The notes under the pieces: generated by a model
The model's input: the letters and a program-made list of their open reading frames with translations, nothing else
What the model was told of the DNA's origin: nothing
The model's database searches: none
Position numbers and translations under genes: made by a program
In this document: piece after piece, positions 12,133 through 22,770 of the stretch
How the letters are laid out: every line of letters begins with the position of its first letter
Position numbering within the stretch: position 1 is the first letter of the stretch
Assembly: GCA_047495785.1 (NCBI GenBank)
Contig: JBLDXI010000046.1
Coordinates: forward strand, 496,001 to 560,000
Direction: 5' to 3'
Length of the DNA: 64,000 nt
Origin: Lepidodermella squamata
Taxonomy: Eukaryota; Animalia; Gastrotricha

Positions 12133-14825
12133 ATGCGGTTGTTCTTGATAATAACAGTTTTTGCTTTCGACGCAATCCTCGGAAGTAAAATACCACTAAA
12201 TGCCTCTATACCGGGCTATGCTATGTCTTATGATTACGACAACGCTCCACTTCTCAATCGGAAAAAGCTTCATGTCATGATGTCTATTTCCTACGCGGGC
12301 GGTTTCCCAAATGGGCCGCCTTGTAGCGAGGCAAAAGGCATCGCATTGGACCAACTTCGCGCCGACCCCAACTGGCTGCCTAACTACGAACTGGTTCTTG
12401 ACCTCGTTGAGGACAAATGTTCTGATGCGACGTCACTGGGCAGTCTGGCGAGGAATCTGAGGTTCAACTCCGAGTCGGATAGCCTATTGCCGATTTTTGT
12501 CGCTCCCGAGTGCGACGAACAAGTCGGGCAAGTTCTTTCAGCTTCTCTAGTCAAACAATTCAACTTTTTCTCGGTAAGGCCTTGATTGTCCTCCTTTCTT
12601 GAAGTTTTACTCGATTTTCATCCAGATGACCTTAGCTCAGGGTACAAATCGGTTGTATCTCCAACGCGACCGCTATCCAAATTATCTGAACTTTGGACAG
12701 CGTGGTGATATTCAGTACATAGCCTTGGCTATGTTCATATTGAAAATGGGTTGGAAGAAGGTCGCAATTATTTCAGACATTCATCCCTACGCCAATATGG
12801 TATGTAAATTTGAATCATCTCTGATAGTTCTAGAGCACTGGTTTCACAGATGGACCCAGCACTAGTCCTCGCCTTAGAATCTGCAAAGATCGAGATCCAG
12901 CACATGGGTAAATTCCATCTATCATTCGGCGATCCCGATTTGCTCACGAGCGACTTTCTTGAGATGAAGCGCCGAGAGCCCAGGATAATCATATCGCAAA
13001 GCGGGAAAACCAGTGCGGTAGCTTGCTGGCTCTATCGAATGGGAATGTATGGTCCGCAGTATGTCGTATTCTCGTTGGCATGGTTTCCATGGATCTCCCG
13101 TGACACGCCAGTACATTCTTTAGTCAAGGATTGGTGCAAAAAAGAGATGATGCTAGAAGTCGCGCCTAGTTTCTATTATTACGGCGATATGAGCCTAGGA
13201 GACGTTTTCGGGCCTAATACAACAGATTCAACAGGTTTATCGGAAAAGGGGATGAGAGATAAGTTGAAGGAAAGAATCGAAAAGCCGGAGACTCACGAAA
13301 ATTGGGACTACTGGCCAGTTATATGCTATGATAGAGCTTTAGCCGTAGGTCAGTTACTCCAATCAACAGAACAAGTTTTGAACGAGAGGAATCAAACTTT
13401 GATAGATTGGGTGACTTCTGCCTCAAATTTCGCTAGGAACGGTAGTTACATAGTCTCAGCAATCAAGGAAGGAGCTTACAGACTAAACTTCACAGGTCTG
13501 AAGGGGGAGTATGGAATTGATAAGTCGACCAATCTTACAAAAGGATACGTCCCCATCACGTTTTCTAGAACTCGATCCAATAACTCCGGTTTCGCTACCG
13601 CTGCTTATCTCAAGCAAAACGACCCTAAAGACCCTCTGAAGATATTGGATTTGAAATGGAACACAAAGGATGGTTCAGTTCCTCGGGATATTGTTAAGGT
13701 AGTCCTAGTAAACCAACCTATGCTAACTACTAAGAATGGCCAGATTCTCATCGTAATCGCAGCGATTGAATGTGCAGCTTTTGCTGTTTTCATATTTTTC
13801 GCTGCCCTTCGAAAGAAAAAACGCTTTTCGGCAATGAAGCGACTCACGTTCAGAAGGGATGACTACGTTATTCTTATCGGGGATATCATTCTTTTAAGCT
13901 CAATTTTCGCACTTCCCCTAAATGTCACTAGTGAATCTATCGCTCACAACTGCAGAGCTGCTTCAGTTTTGATAGTCATCGGAATTTCTTTGATTTTAAC
14001 CGGCATCTCGGCCAAGTTGAGCTACAATCAAGAGATGAAGCTCATCGTGTCCACTGGATCCCATGTTAGCCATACCAGACCTCAAACGGTTATGTCATAC
14101 AATCCGAGTATGATGCTTCAATACGAGTCGAAATTGAACCGATTGGCTTCTGACTTCTTCAAGAATTCCTACCTCTTTGCAGGCGTTTGGACTGCCATTA
14201 ATTGCGGGCTGATTTCAGCTCTACTCATCCTCCATCCAATGCGAGCAACTCCAGTCTTCTCGGACTCATTCTCGGATTTGGCAGATCCAAGTGTTGTTTA
14301 TAAGCCATTCAGCTATCAATGCGATATCTCAAGCAGTTTCTTCTCAGAATCCGACAGCTTAGCAATTTTCGCTGTTATGTGCGTCCTTCAATTCGGTCTC
14401 TTCCTTCGAGTTGTTTTTCAGTCAATGACAGTCCGAATGTCTAAGGTAAGTTCCCCCTAAACTGTCCTTTTTCCTTTGACAAGGCAATTTTTGATAAAGA
14501 AATTAAAGCGAAGTTTTACGGGAAACGATGTTCGCAACACGGCGCTGTTTGTCAACTGCAAGATCACACTAATCATCGCCGTTCTTATCCTCGGTCCAGT
14601 TCTAGCTAAACTTCGCGCAGAATACGCGTTAGTGCTCACTGCCTCGTTTGCGATTTCGTTCGCACTCGCGAATGCTGTACCAGTTGTCTTAATGAAGGTA
14701 TGTTGTACTTGTTCGATGATTTTAATCCAAATTTGGTCATTTTTGTCTAATAGCTCTTCATCAAACAACGTATTGCGCCGATCAACAACAGCTCAGCTAG
14801 ATTGATACGAGTCATGCCTGCTTGA
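12133..14825 (+). CDS. Class C GPCR, divergent GABA-B-receptor-like (Venus flytrap domain + 7TM)
   Basis: Signal peptide MRLFLIITVFAF; ANF-receptor motifs (LPNYEL...DKC, RYPNYL, GWKKVAII, CWLYRMGMYGPQYVV); no Cys-rich linker; seven hydrophobic segments; 5 exons joined by short GT-AG introns; stop at 14823-14825. Confidence 0.85.
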
Positions 14826-15504
14826 AAGAATAATTTTCTGAACTCCTCCGTGACATAACTTGCGGTGAAATGCTTGTTAGACAAATTGTACTCTTGAGCT
14901 AATTTTGCAGGCACAAGGCTAATAGTGCGAAACACATAGCCGTTAGTATTAATGCTGACTAGTAAAAATTAAGCATTTCTGCGCTATGACGACACTGATA
15001 TTAAAGGAATTTCGTGGAAGGTTTTAACGAGAAAAGTAAATAAATTCATCAGAAGTTATATGATCAGATTGGAAGTTCGAAGTAGCGGAACGCCTTAGTC
15101 GAGGATCAATATCTCTCTATGATGTCAAAGCGTTCGTCGGATACATCCTCAAAGAAATTCCTCCTGAAATCGAGGAATCGACCAGTGGTGGAGTTAGGAA
15201 AATGTCTGGAAAACAGAAATTTGTTACATTTTCGCTGGAGCCGAATAGTCTATTCTCAAAACCTTCCTAATCGCTGGCAGTTCTTCTTTCGAAATCATCA
15301 AATCTTCGAGTCTGAGCAACCTTTTAATATCACTTCAACAATTTGGAGTATTTGCCTACTATAAGTGCGTACTTGGTGTTAACGCTACATAAAGGGAATT
15401 TTACAACAGTATAATGTTATGCTGTGTAGTTTTTTTCTCATATACTACAACTATACGCTCATGTTGTAAAGGATAAATATATATGATAGTTTCATGAGTT
15501 TTCC

Positions 15505-16716
15505 ATGAAAAGCGTTCTGGTAAGAATTATTGATGTAATTTCTTATTTCTTGCAATCGTAATTTCTTTCACCCATAAAGATTGTTCTTACCATTGCAGCT
15601 TTGGGCGAAGCTCATATAAGGCTAAGAGATAGTAAGGCCAATTACGTTTTACCCTACAAGCTTTCCTAGCTGTGTTTGCCTGCTAGACTGCACCGACACT
15701 CCCTGCCCGAAACACGAGAGATGCAATGTCTTCAGATTCGTAAGTCCACTATGGAGAGGTATCAATTGATTGAAAATTTGTCTTCAGTTAACAGGATCCA
15801 CCCTGCGAATCCAAGTTTTGCTCATGTGATGATTGCACAATGCTTGAAACTGACGGCTCATGTCACCCAGGTTGAAAATACTTAATAAATTTCCCATTTT
15901 AATCATTTTTAAAATTCAGTGAAATATATCAATGAGTTAAACGAGCCGTGTGAACCGAATAAGAATGGTCAGGAAATCACGATGCCCTCGGCCTACTGTA
16001 ACACGGAGCTAAACAAAACTGATTGTATCATGGCGAAATTTGGCAACGGATGCGGAACGTACAGTGCGAAAACTTCCTGTATCGAAGACCACGAATGCCT
16101 AGGCAAATGCAAATATGGCCGATGCGTATGCGAGCTGCCTAACAGGTACATCGATCTAAACTTGGACCGATGCGTGCCTCGTAAAGTAAGATAATTTTTC
16201 TGATTTTTCCTGATGATTTCAGGGGATTTTTCATGGATTTAGAGAGGTGATGTCTGTAGGAACAGCGCTGAATGTGCGAGTCGGCGCGATCCGAAAAAAT
16301 ACCCATTTGAGGAAACAAATTACATGATTTGCGTCAACAGCAAGTGCGACTGTGACTCTGTTAGAGGGCAACTAGCCTTTCACACCGTTTTCGACGAGGA
16401 CCTCAACGAATTTGTTGATATTGAGAGATGCGTGGCTCTTACGGCGACTGTCAACCTAACCAAGGGCGAGCCGTGCTCTTTTGAAGATTTCGACGATAAG
16501 AATGCGCAGATATGCGAGCAAGGCCTTATATGTCAGGGCTGTCTCGGGAATGACTACAAGACCACTTACCTTTGCCGCAATGCTACTTTCAACGGGAAAA
16601 CGGCGAAACAGTGTGGTCGGAAGACTTATGTGTTTTCTTCGGCGCCATCTGCTGCAAAGACATTTTCGCTAATTTTTGAATTCCTAGTGCTATATTCTAT
16701 CTTCAAAATCATGTGA
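15505..16716 (+). CDS. Cys-rich EB-module-like GPI-anchored protein, array copy 5 (divergent)
   Basis: ATG 15505 (MKSVL|IVLTIAALG). Small Cys exons CTDTPCPKHERC and DPPCESKFCSC are homologous to copies 2-4. ORFs 15919-16194 and 16324-16716; hydrophobic C-terminus. Confidence 0.82.
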
Positions 16717-17209
16717 TGTAATGTGATGGCTGATGTAATGTGATGTAATGTAATGTAAAAAAATCAGAAAGATTGAACACAATCCGATGATGCAGCTTAA
16801 ATAAAAGTTACTATGAAAAATGATGAGTGAGTAGTAACGATTGCATTTCAAATTTTGGAGTTAGGAAGAGGGTTACCAGAAATTGAAAACTTCGATCCGT
16901 GCGATGGTGGAGATCTTCCAGTGTTGGCCAATTTTTTCAAACTTCTTTATATCGAAATTCACTTTTGCAATGTTCATTTTCTAAACGTCGAAGATAATCT
17001 TTCGTCTCTATTCAAACAGGCCATTCATGTTAGGGCTGAAAAGACCATTCACTCACGAGCAAGGACTTCTCCTTTCAATGTGATCATGGAAACCATCAAT
17101 AGAGTGTGTTATTCTAAACGCGCTTTTCAGGCGAATTACGCGCAGTCATAAGTTGGATTCTATAATAAAGCGAACTTCTTAGCATTTATGTAGCCGTTAG
17201 TGTTCCCAG

Positions 17210-17872
17210 ATGTCAACTACATCTTCTAGCACAACTGGGGCCTACGAATATCTGCAATATGGGACAGGTATCTTGTTCTTCTTGCCTTATGTCCCTAATA
17301 ATAATTCCTGATTTCTTTTCGCAGTCGATAACCCAATTTTATGGACCTTGGTTGTGGTATCAGTTTTACTACTTGTCACTCTTCTCGTCACTTTATGGTG
17401 CTGCCTACGCCCGAAACCAGCCGGGCCGCCTCTAGCCGTTCACTACAACGACCTTGCCCCTTACCCTAGAGCAATTATTTCGAACCCGAACGACGTAGCA
17501 AGTTACGCCTATAAAGGTCCTCAGGTCAGTCACTACTACCCCCAACCGAATCAGATGGAACAAGCACCTGGTGTCCCACCTGCAGTGAGAGCCATGGAAG
17601 AACCGTACCCTTACACAGTAAGAGTGCCGCCACCATCCCAACCGCCGAGTCGATACCCTAGAAGGGGAGATCCGGTGGAATACGAGCGGGATTTCTACAA
17701 TGAAGAGGCGTACGACCCGCCGCCAGGTCGCAGGTCTCGATTCTACGACAGGGACATCACGCCTCGTAATGCTAAGAACGACCTCAGACGGCCGACGCGG
17801 CAGATTTTTGACGAATATCTTACCAAATACAAGAAACAAAAACGCGGTTATGATTTTGGTGGAAAATATTGA
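17210..17872 (+). CDS. Single-pass membrane protein with juxtamembrane Cys and a Pro/Tyr-rich cytoplasmic tail
   Basis: Putative exon 1 from ATG 17210, intron ending ...cgcag at 17324. TM ILWTLVVVSVLLLVTLLVTLW, then CCLR, then a PY-rich tail (ORF 17348-17872). AATAAA just after the stop. Confidence 0.7.
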
Positions 17873-18182
17873 AAATAAATATTCGATCGAAAAATTTATG
17901 AATTCTCTATTCTGTTTCAACCAAAGAAGTTAAAAAATTGTATTTCGCCAAAGAATGGCTAGGCTGAGATCTTGAATTGCCTCATCCTTGAGAATATTCT
18001 GCTCTGATGAATATAGGAAAAACTGTACCTCATCTTTCACCTCTAATCTGTAAACCGGACCTCAATGAACGACGTAAAAAGAAACATTTTCACGCAGATA
18101 AGACGAAGGTACAGAACTCAAGATAAGGTGAAGAGGCTCTTATAAGTACTTGATGCTTGTTTGGATCCTTTCTCAATCCAAA

Positions 18183-19476
18183 ATGTTCCACTACTACGTT
18201 TTTCTTGCGTTTTCGATCGCTGGCTTGGTCAGAGGACAGCAGTCCCCGGTCTGCGTAAACTATGAAGTTGGTAGCTGCAAATGCACGCTCGCTGATGGCT
18301 CAGGAATCATTGACTTATCAAACTTGATCGCCCAAAAGCCGTACGTTGAGATTTGATCTCTGAGGAAATAAACCCCTCTCGTTGAAGATTTACCTATGTA
18401 ACTCCCACGCAGCATCCAATCACCTACGAATACGCATTCTGCTCAGCACTGACCGATACAAATCGGCCGGAATGCGATGGAAAAGCTTCAGTTTGCGCCT
18501 ACAACAAAACAGGACCCGGGCTTAACCTTGGGGAATTTAAACACGAGCGATTCGAATCACGAGAAAACGGACAATTGGCGCTTGTAACGGACGTGATTTC
18601 AGGTACATAGTGGAATTAGAAAACTAGGAAATTGATTAATTACTATATGAATTCTTTTGATGCTGCAACTATATCGGCAAAGTGTAATTTGAATGTTTTT
18701 GCAGATGGCAAACCTATTCGGCGATCTGTTGCGTACATTTTTTGCTTCAAGGGTAATCCCATAAATATGTTCGCTCCTAACGTGAATGGTCAAGATATTG
18801 ACAAAGATGGAGCAACCCTTTACGTGAGTCTTAAATGTTCGGACCAAGTGGGAAATTCCCCATAATTTTCAATTTTCAGACTATGCAATTTGCTGGCGGA
18901 GCTCTTTGTCCTCAAAAGCCTAAACCACAACCTGCATGTAAAACCAGCTCTTTGTTTTGCGAATGTGAATTGTTGGATGGGTCAGGTACCATCGATCTCC
19001 GGCCACTGGTGAAGAAAACGATATTACAACCCTTCGAAGCCGTAGATTCGGCTGGAAAGTACGGCTACGCATTAACCGTTTGCAACGCTATGGCAGACCG
19101 GCAAAATTTGACAAATTGCTACAAGCAAGCGTCATCATGCACGTGGAATAATTGGAATGTCGCCCCACATGAGCAAAACATAGGATCGCCGAGTACGACG
19201 CGCTTTGAACTCCGAGTGTCCCCGCATTACCCATATGGAGCTTTGGCTATGGTTGTAGACTTTGTAAACTATTACCGGACAGTGGTTTACTTAGTTTGCG
19301 ACTCGAGCAAAGAGACTGCTGAGTATTCGATATGGGACTGGGATCCATTGGACCGTGACTACGATGGAGCTTATTTATATGTGAGTTTGATGTTGAAAAA
19401 AGAATTCCCGTCTAATTTTGATTTAAATATTCAGTATGGAAAGTTGGCTGGCCCGGAGCTCTGTCCTAAAAAATGA
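18183..19476 (+). CDS. Secreted protein with two mannose-6-phosphate-receptor-homology (MRH)-like domains
   Basis: Signal peptide MFHYYVFLAFSIAGLVRG. Two repeats begin C-x-C-x-L-x-DGSG-x-IDL, continue Y-x-x-x-x-C...C...NLG/NIG and end in GGALCP / GPELCP. Several short introns; no TM segment. Confidence 0.65.
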
Positions 19477-19704
19477 GAATTCATCATACGAAGTATTGAA
19501 TAATTGCGATATATAATTATAGATAAATTTACGAACAAGAATTGGTGAATTCTTCAAAATAAAAGTGACCGTATCTAGAACATTCGTGTCTCTTCTACTG
19601 CGTGGTGGTTCAGTTATCTTATTGATAAGATCTGATAAAATTGCGCCACCAAGTGATGAATTTACAGTTTAATAAAGGGCACTCACGCCAGTTTTTACCA
19701 AAAC

Positions 19705-21039
19705 ATGAGATCAATTATTGTTTCCGCCATTTTCTTAGTAGCCTCACTGCATCAAGCTAATGCAGCTGTTGATGATTGGGTAGCCGATGGAGGTGACTAC
19801 GCCCATACTGGGTACAAGCCGTACTCACTGGGTTACGTGAACAAAATCGACATCCTTTGGAAAACGCAGCTGGAAACTACTCGCAAAGGCCTGAATGGAA
19901 TTTATGTTTACAACCAAAAATTGTACATTAACACTGGCGATGGAAGTCTAGCAATTCTGGACGCAAAAACTGGCAAACTGATCAAAAAGTTCAACATCTT
20001 CACGGATCTCTCAGCCTCGAGGCAGGTGATTGAGCCGCAGAACAAACTGATGTTTCTGGCAGAGGGCAACGGACTGGTTTTCGCTATTAGCCTTGAGGAC
20101 GGGAAGGAGAAGCTTCTATGGTCACGAAAACTGGCTGGGGATCTCTACGACATCATCCCTGTTACTGGGTTGAAAGACCTTGTTGTTGGGTTTTCAACTG
20201 ACGAGAATAATGGCCAGCTTGTCGCCCTAGACTTTCAAACTGGGGAGACGAGATCTTCATATGGAGTCAATTCCATGGATATCCCCTATTACCTATCTCT
20301 CTCAAATGACAATCGACTTATCAGTTTGACGATGAGCACTACAACCGAAGCTATCGCCGAGTTTGATGCGGCGAAGAATGGTAACAAATTATGGAATGTT
20401 GAATTCCCGCTAGATAACGCCGACCTAAATCATGGGCCGATGATTTCTGGCAATCTCGCAATACATAGGAAAGGGTCTGAAATGGTTTCTGTTGACATCG
20501 ACAAGAAATCTATGAAATGGGTCGCATCGGATGGCAGCCCGTATTGCGACCATTTCTTAATCGCTGTTACGGATAACGATTTCATCTACAGGAAGTGCCA
20601 GTTGGGCGAACATCGCATGATGTTTAAGCATGACATTAAAACCGGTGCTTTGGAGACTTCGTACCCGGTGCCGCTTTCCGATGCGCCGCCTGCTTGCAAC
20701 CCTATTGTTCTGGACGATTACGTGATCGCACAGGGTTACTCTGGGTTCGCGATTTACGATAAGAACGACGGCAGTCTGGCTGCGAATATCACTGTTGGTG
20801 ACAACTCGTTCTCCTTTGGTTACAAATGGGCATTTTCGGCTGGAGTGTTCTACGCGCAGGGTTCTGATGGGTATGTCTATGCGTTCGGTACGAGTTATGT
20901 GGGTACAACGCCATCTACCAAGTCGCCCCCGAAGACAACTCAACCGAATACAACCCCAAATAGCGCAGGAGTGCAGCTAATTAGTTATGTAGCATTATTT
21001 ATTAATATTTCAATTGGCTTGCTATTCGTTGGGCATTAA
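19705..21039 (+). CDS. Intronless PQQ/BamB-like beta-propeller protein with signal peptide and C-terminal anchor, copy A
   Basis: 444-aa ORF. N-terminal DW...GGD..HTGY; repeated G.L.A.D..TG...W blades; terminal FYAQGSDGYVYAFG; Thr/Pro linker; hydrophobic tail. Confidence 0.85.
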   Translation: MRSIIVSAIFLVASLHQANAAVDDWVADGGDYAHTGYKPYSLGYVNKIDILWKTQLETTRKGLNGIYVYNQKLYINTGDGSLAILDAKTGKLIKKFNIFTDLSASRQVIEPQNKLMFLAEGNGLVFAISLEDGKEKLLWSRKLAGDLYDIIPVTGLKDLVVGFSTDENNGQLVALDFQTGETRSSYGVNSMDIPYYLSLSNDNRLISLTMSTTTEAIAEFDAAKNGNKLWNVEFPLDNADLNHGPMISGNLAIHRKGSEMVSVDIDKKSMKWVASDGSPYCDHFLIAVTDNDFIYRKCQLGEHRMMFKHDIKTGALETSYPVPLSDAPPACNPIVLDDYVIAQGYSGFAIYDKNDGSLAANITVGDNSFSFGYKWAFSAGVFYAQGSDGYVYAFGTSYVGTTPSTKSPPKTTQPNTTPNSAGVQLISYVALFINISIGLLFVGH

Positions 21040-22117
21040 AGTTCTTGCAACTTGAGCTTCGATAAGAGCAATAAACATGAGCATTGAAGAACTGAAATTC
21101 TGCCTAATATTGCTTAATTGTTAGAAATAACTCGGGTAATGCATCAGAAATCTTTCCGGGGTGCTACTATACCGTATCTAGTTAAATTTGAATCTGAAGA
21201 CAAAATTTGTATAGCTAAATTCCGGGCCCATCGTAGTTCCATCCGGGCCAAAATTACGCAAACGAGGCAGAAAGAATCGTTACTAGGATTCTTGTGACAC
21301 TGAGTTCAATGAGTTCTAAGGAATATTTCGCTGTGTGTTTCCTTACTTCCCTTTTATAGGCAACAGGTAAGTAAACTTGTAAGGATATGCCGGCTGGCAT
21401 CGCGCCATCGAACTAACTAGCTTGTGATAAACATGTGATAATCAGTTAGACAATGCCATGTTCGCTTTGGTTATTTCTCTATGGCCATGATAGGCAGATC
21501 CTCAATGTTCGATTCCTTCTCAATAAAGTAGTATAGAGTAGTGCCTGGCCAAGTCTTGGCATTTCGCTGACAGAATGAATCGAACCATAGTACTGTTCGG
21601 ACGGCCACCCACACTCCACTACGGATTCTTCTTGCCAAGTCTCGTTCTGTTCGAATTCGTCCGCAATGCCACCGATATGCTGATACGGTATCGCCCTGGC
21701 CCGCAGGTGGTGTTCTAACATCGACATCAAGGATGATTTCTGGCAATGCCAATGGCGTTCAGCTCATCACCACTGACGTTCGTATCCAAAATCCAGCCCT
21801 CACGCTCAGGGTCTCCCCTGGCTTACGCGCTCGATTTGCCAACGGCTCACAGGTTATGGCTACTCATCTCCATTCTCGTGTTCATTGCGTTCATTCAAGC
21901 GTTCATTGGGCCAGCCTCGCTGATGCTTGACTTCAACGCCCGCAACTCGCTTGATAGCTTGTCTCGGGCGCCGCGATCTCGATTCTACGATGGCTTGGCA
22001 CTGTCTTTGCTCCATGGCGTTGCTTTGCGATTCTCGACCTTCCGTTCCGTTAGTCAGGAATTGCTCGACATCTTCTGTCACCCGCCAATTGATGCTGAAG
22101 CTACACCGTGGGGGTTG

Positions 22118-22190
22118 TGGGTTGTGGTGCAATGGACAACGCGTCTGACTACGAATCAGAAGATTCCAGGTTCGACTCCTTGCATCCTCG
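22118..22190 (+). pseudogene. tRNA-Arg(ACG)-like gene, probably a pseudogene
   Basis: Close match to eukaryotic tRNA-Arg-ACG (CAATGGACAACGCGTCTGACTACGAATCAGAAGATTCCAGGTTCGACTCC), with a T5 terminator downstream. Acceptor and T stems have mismatches and the 5' end has a ggttgtg duplication. Confidence 0.75.
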
Positions 22191-22770
22191 AATGTTTTTA
22201 AACCCTCTCTGCCCCTAACTCCTACGGTATGCCTGATTTGAGCCTTTGAGCCAGCTCTCGTTATCTGCAATGTCGGCTAATTCCCTTACCCCCGCACACT
22301 GATGAAAATGCAAAAGAAAACATCATGATTTATAAGAAGCGGTTTAATTTGTATCTAAATAGGTCATAGTTTGTCTAGCGTGTCTTGTTTCTTTCTTTTA
22401 GTGCCTCTGCTTATTATTGATAAGCGGAGGTACTGGCAGGACAACAATTAGTAATTAGAGATTAGCTTATTAGTGAAGATGTAATAATGGTAAAAAAGGG
22501 ACATCAGAGTATAATAAACGGTTCGGGTTCCAGAATTATTGGTGAATTATCCATATCATCATTTGAAATTTGAAAATTCAAAACCGGACTAACAAAAGTG
22601 GTTGTAAAGTGTCGTTCCGTGACGCGCGGACGCACCCATCTAAAACATTCGTTTCTATTCTTCTGCGCGGCATTCCTGTTATCTTATCGATACGATCTGA
22701 TAAAATTATGCCACTAAGCGATGAGTTTACTGCATAAATAAGGGCATTAAAGACAGTTTTTCACCAAAAA

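Noticed and set aside
16855-17151. 98-aa plus ORF and a possible 36-aa two-exon minus-strand micro-gene
   Set aside because: No domain support and too short to distinguish from chance.
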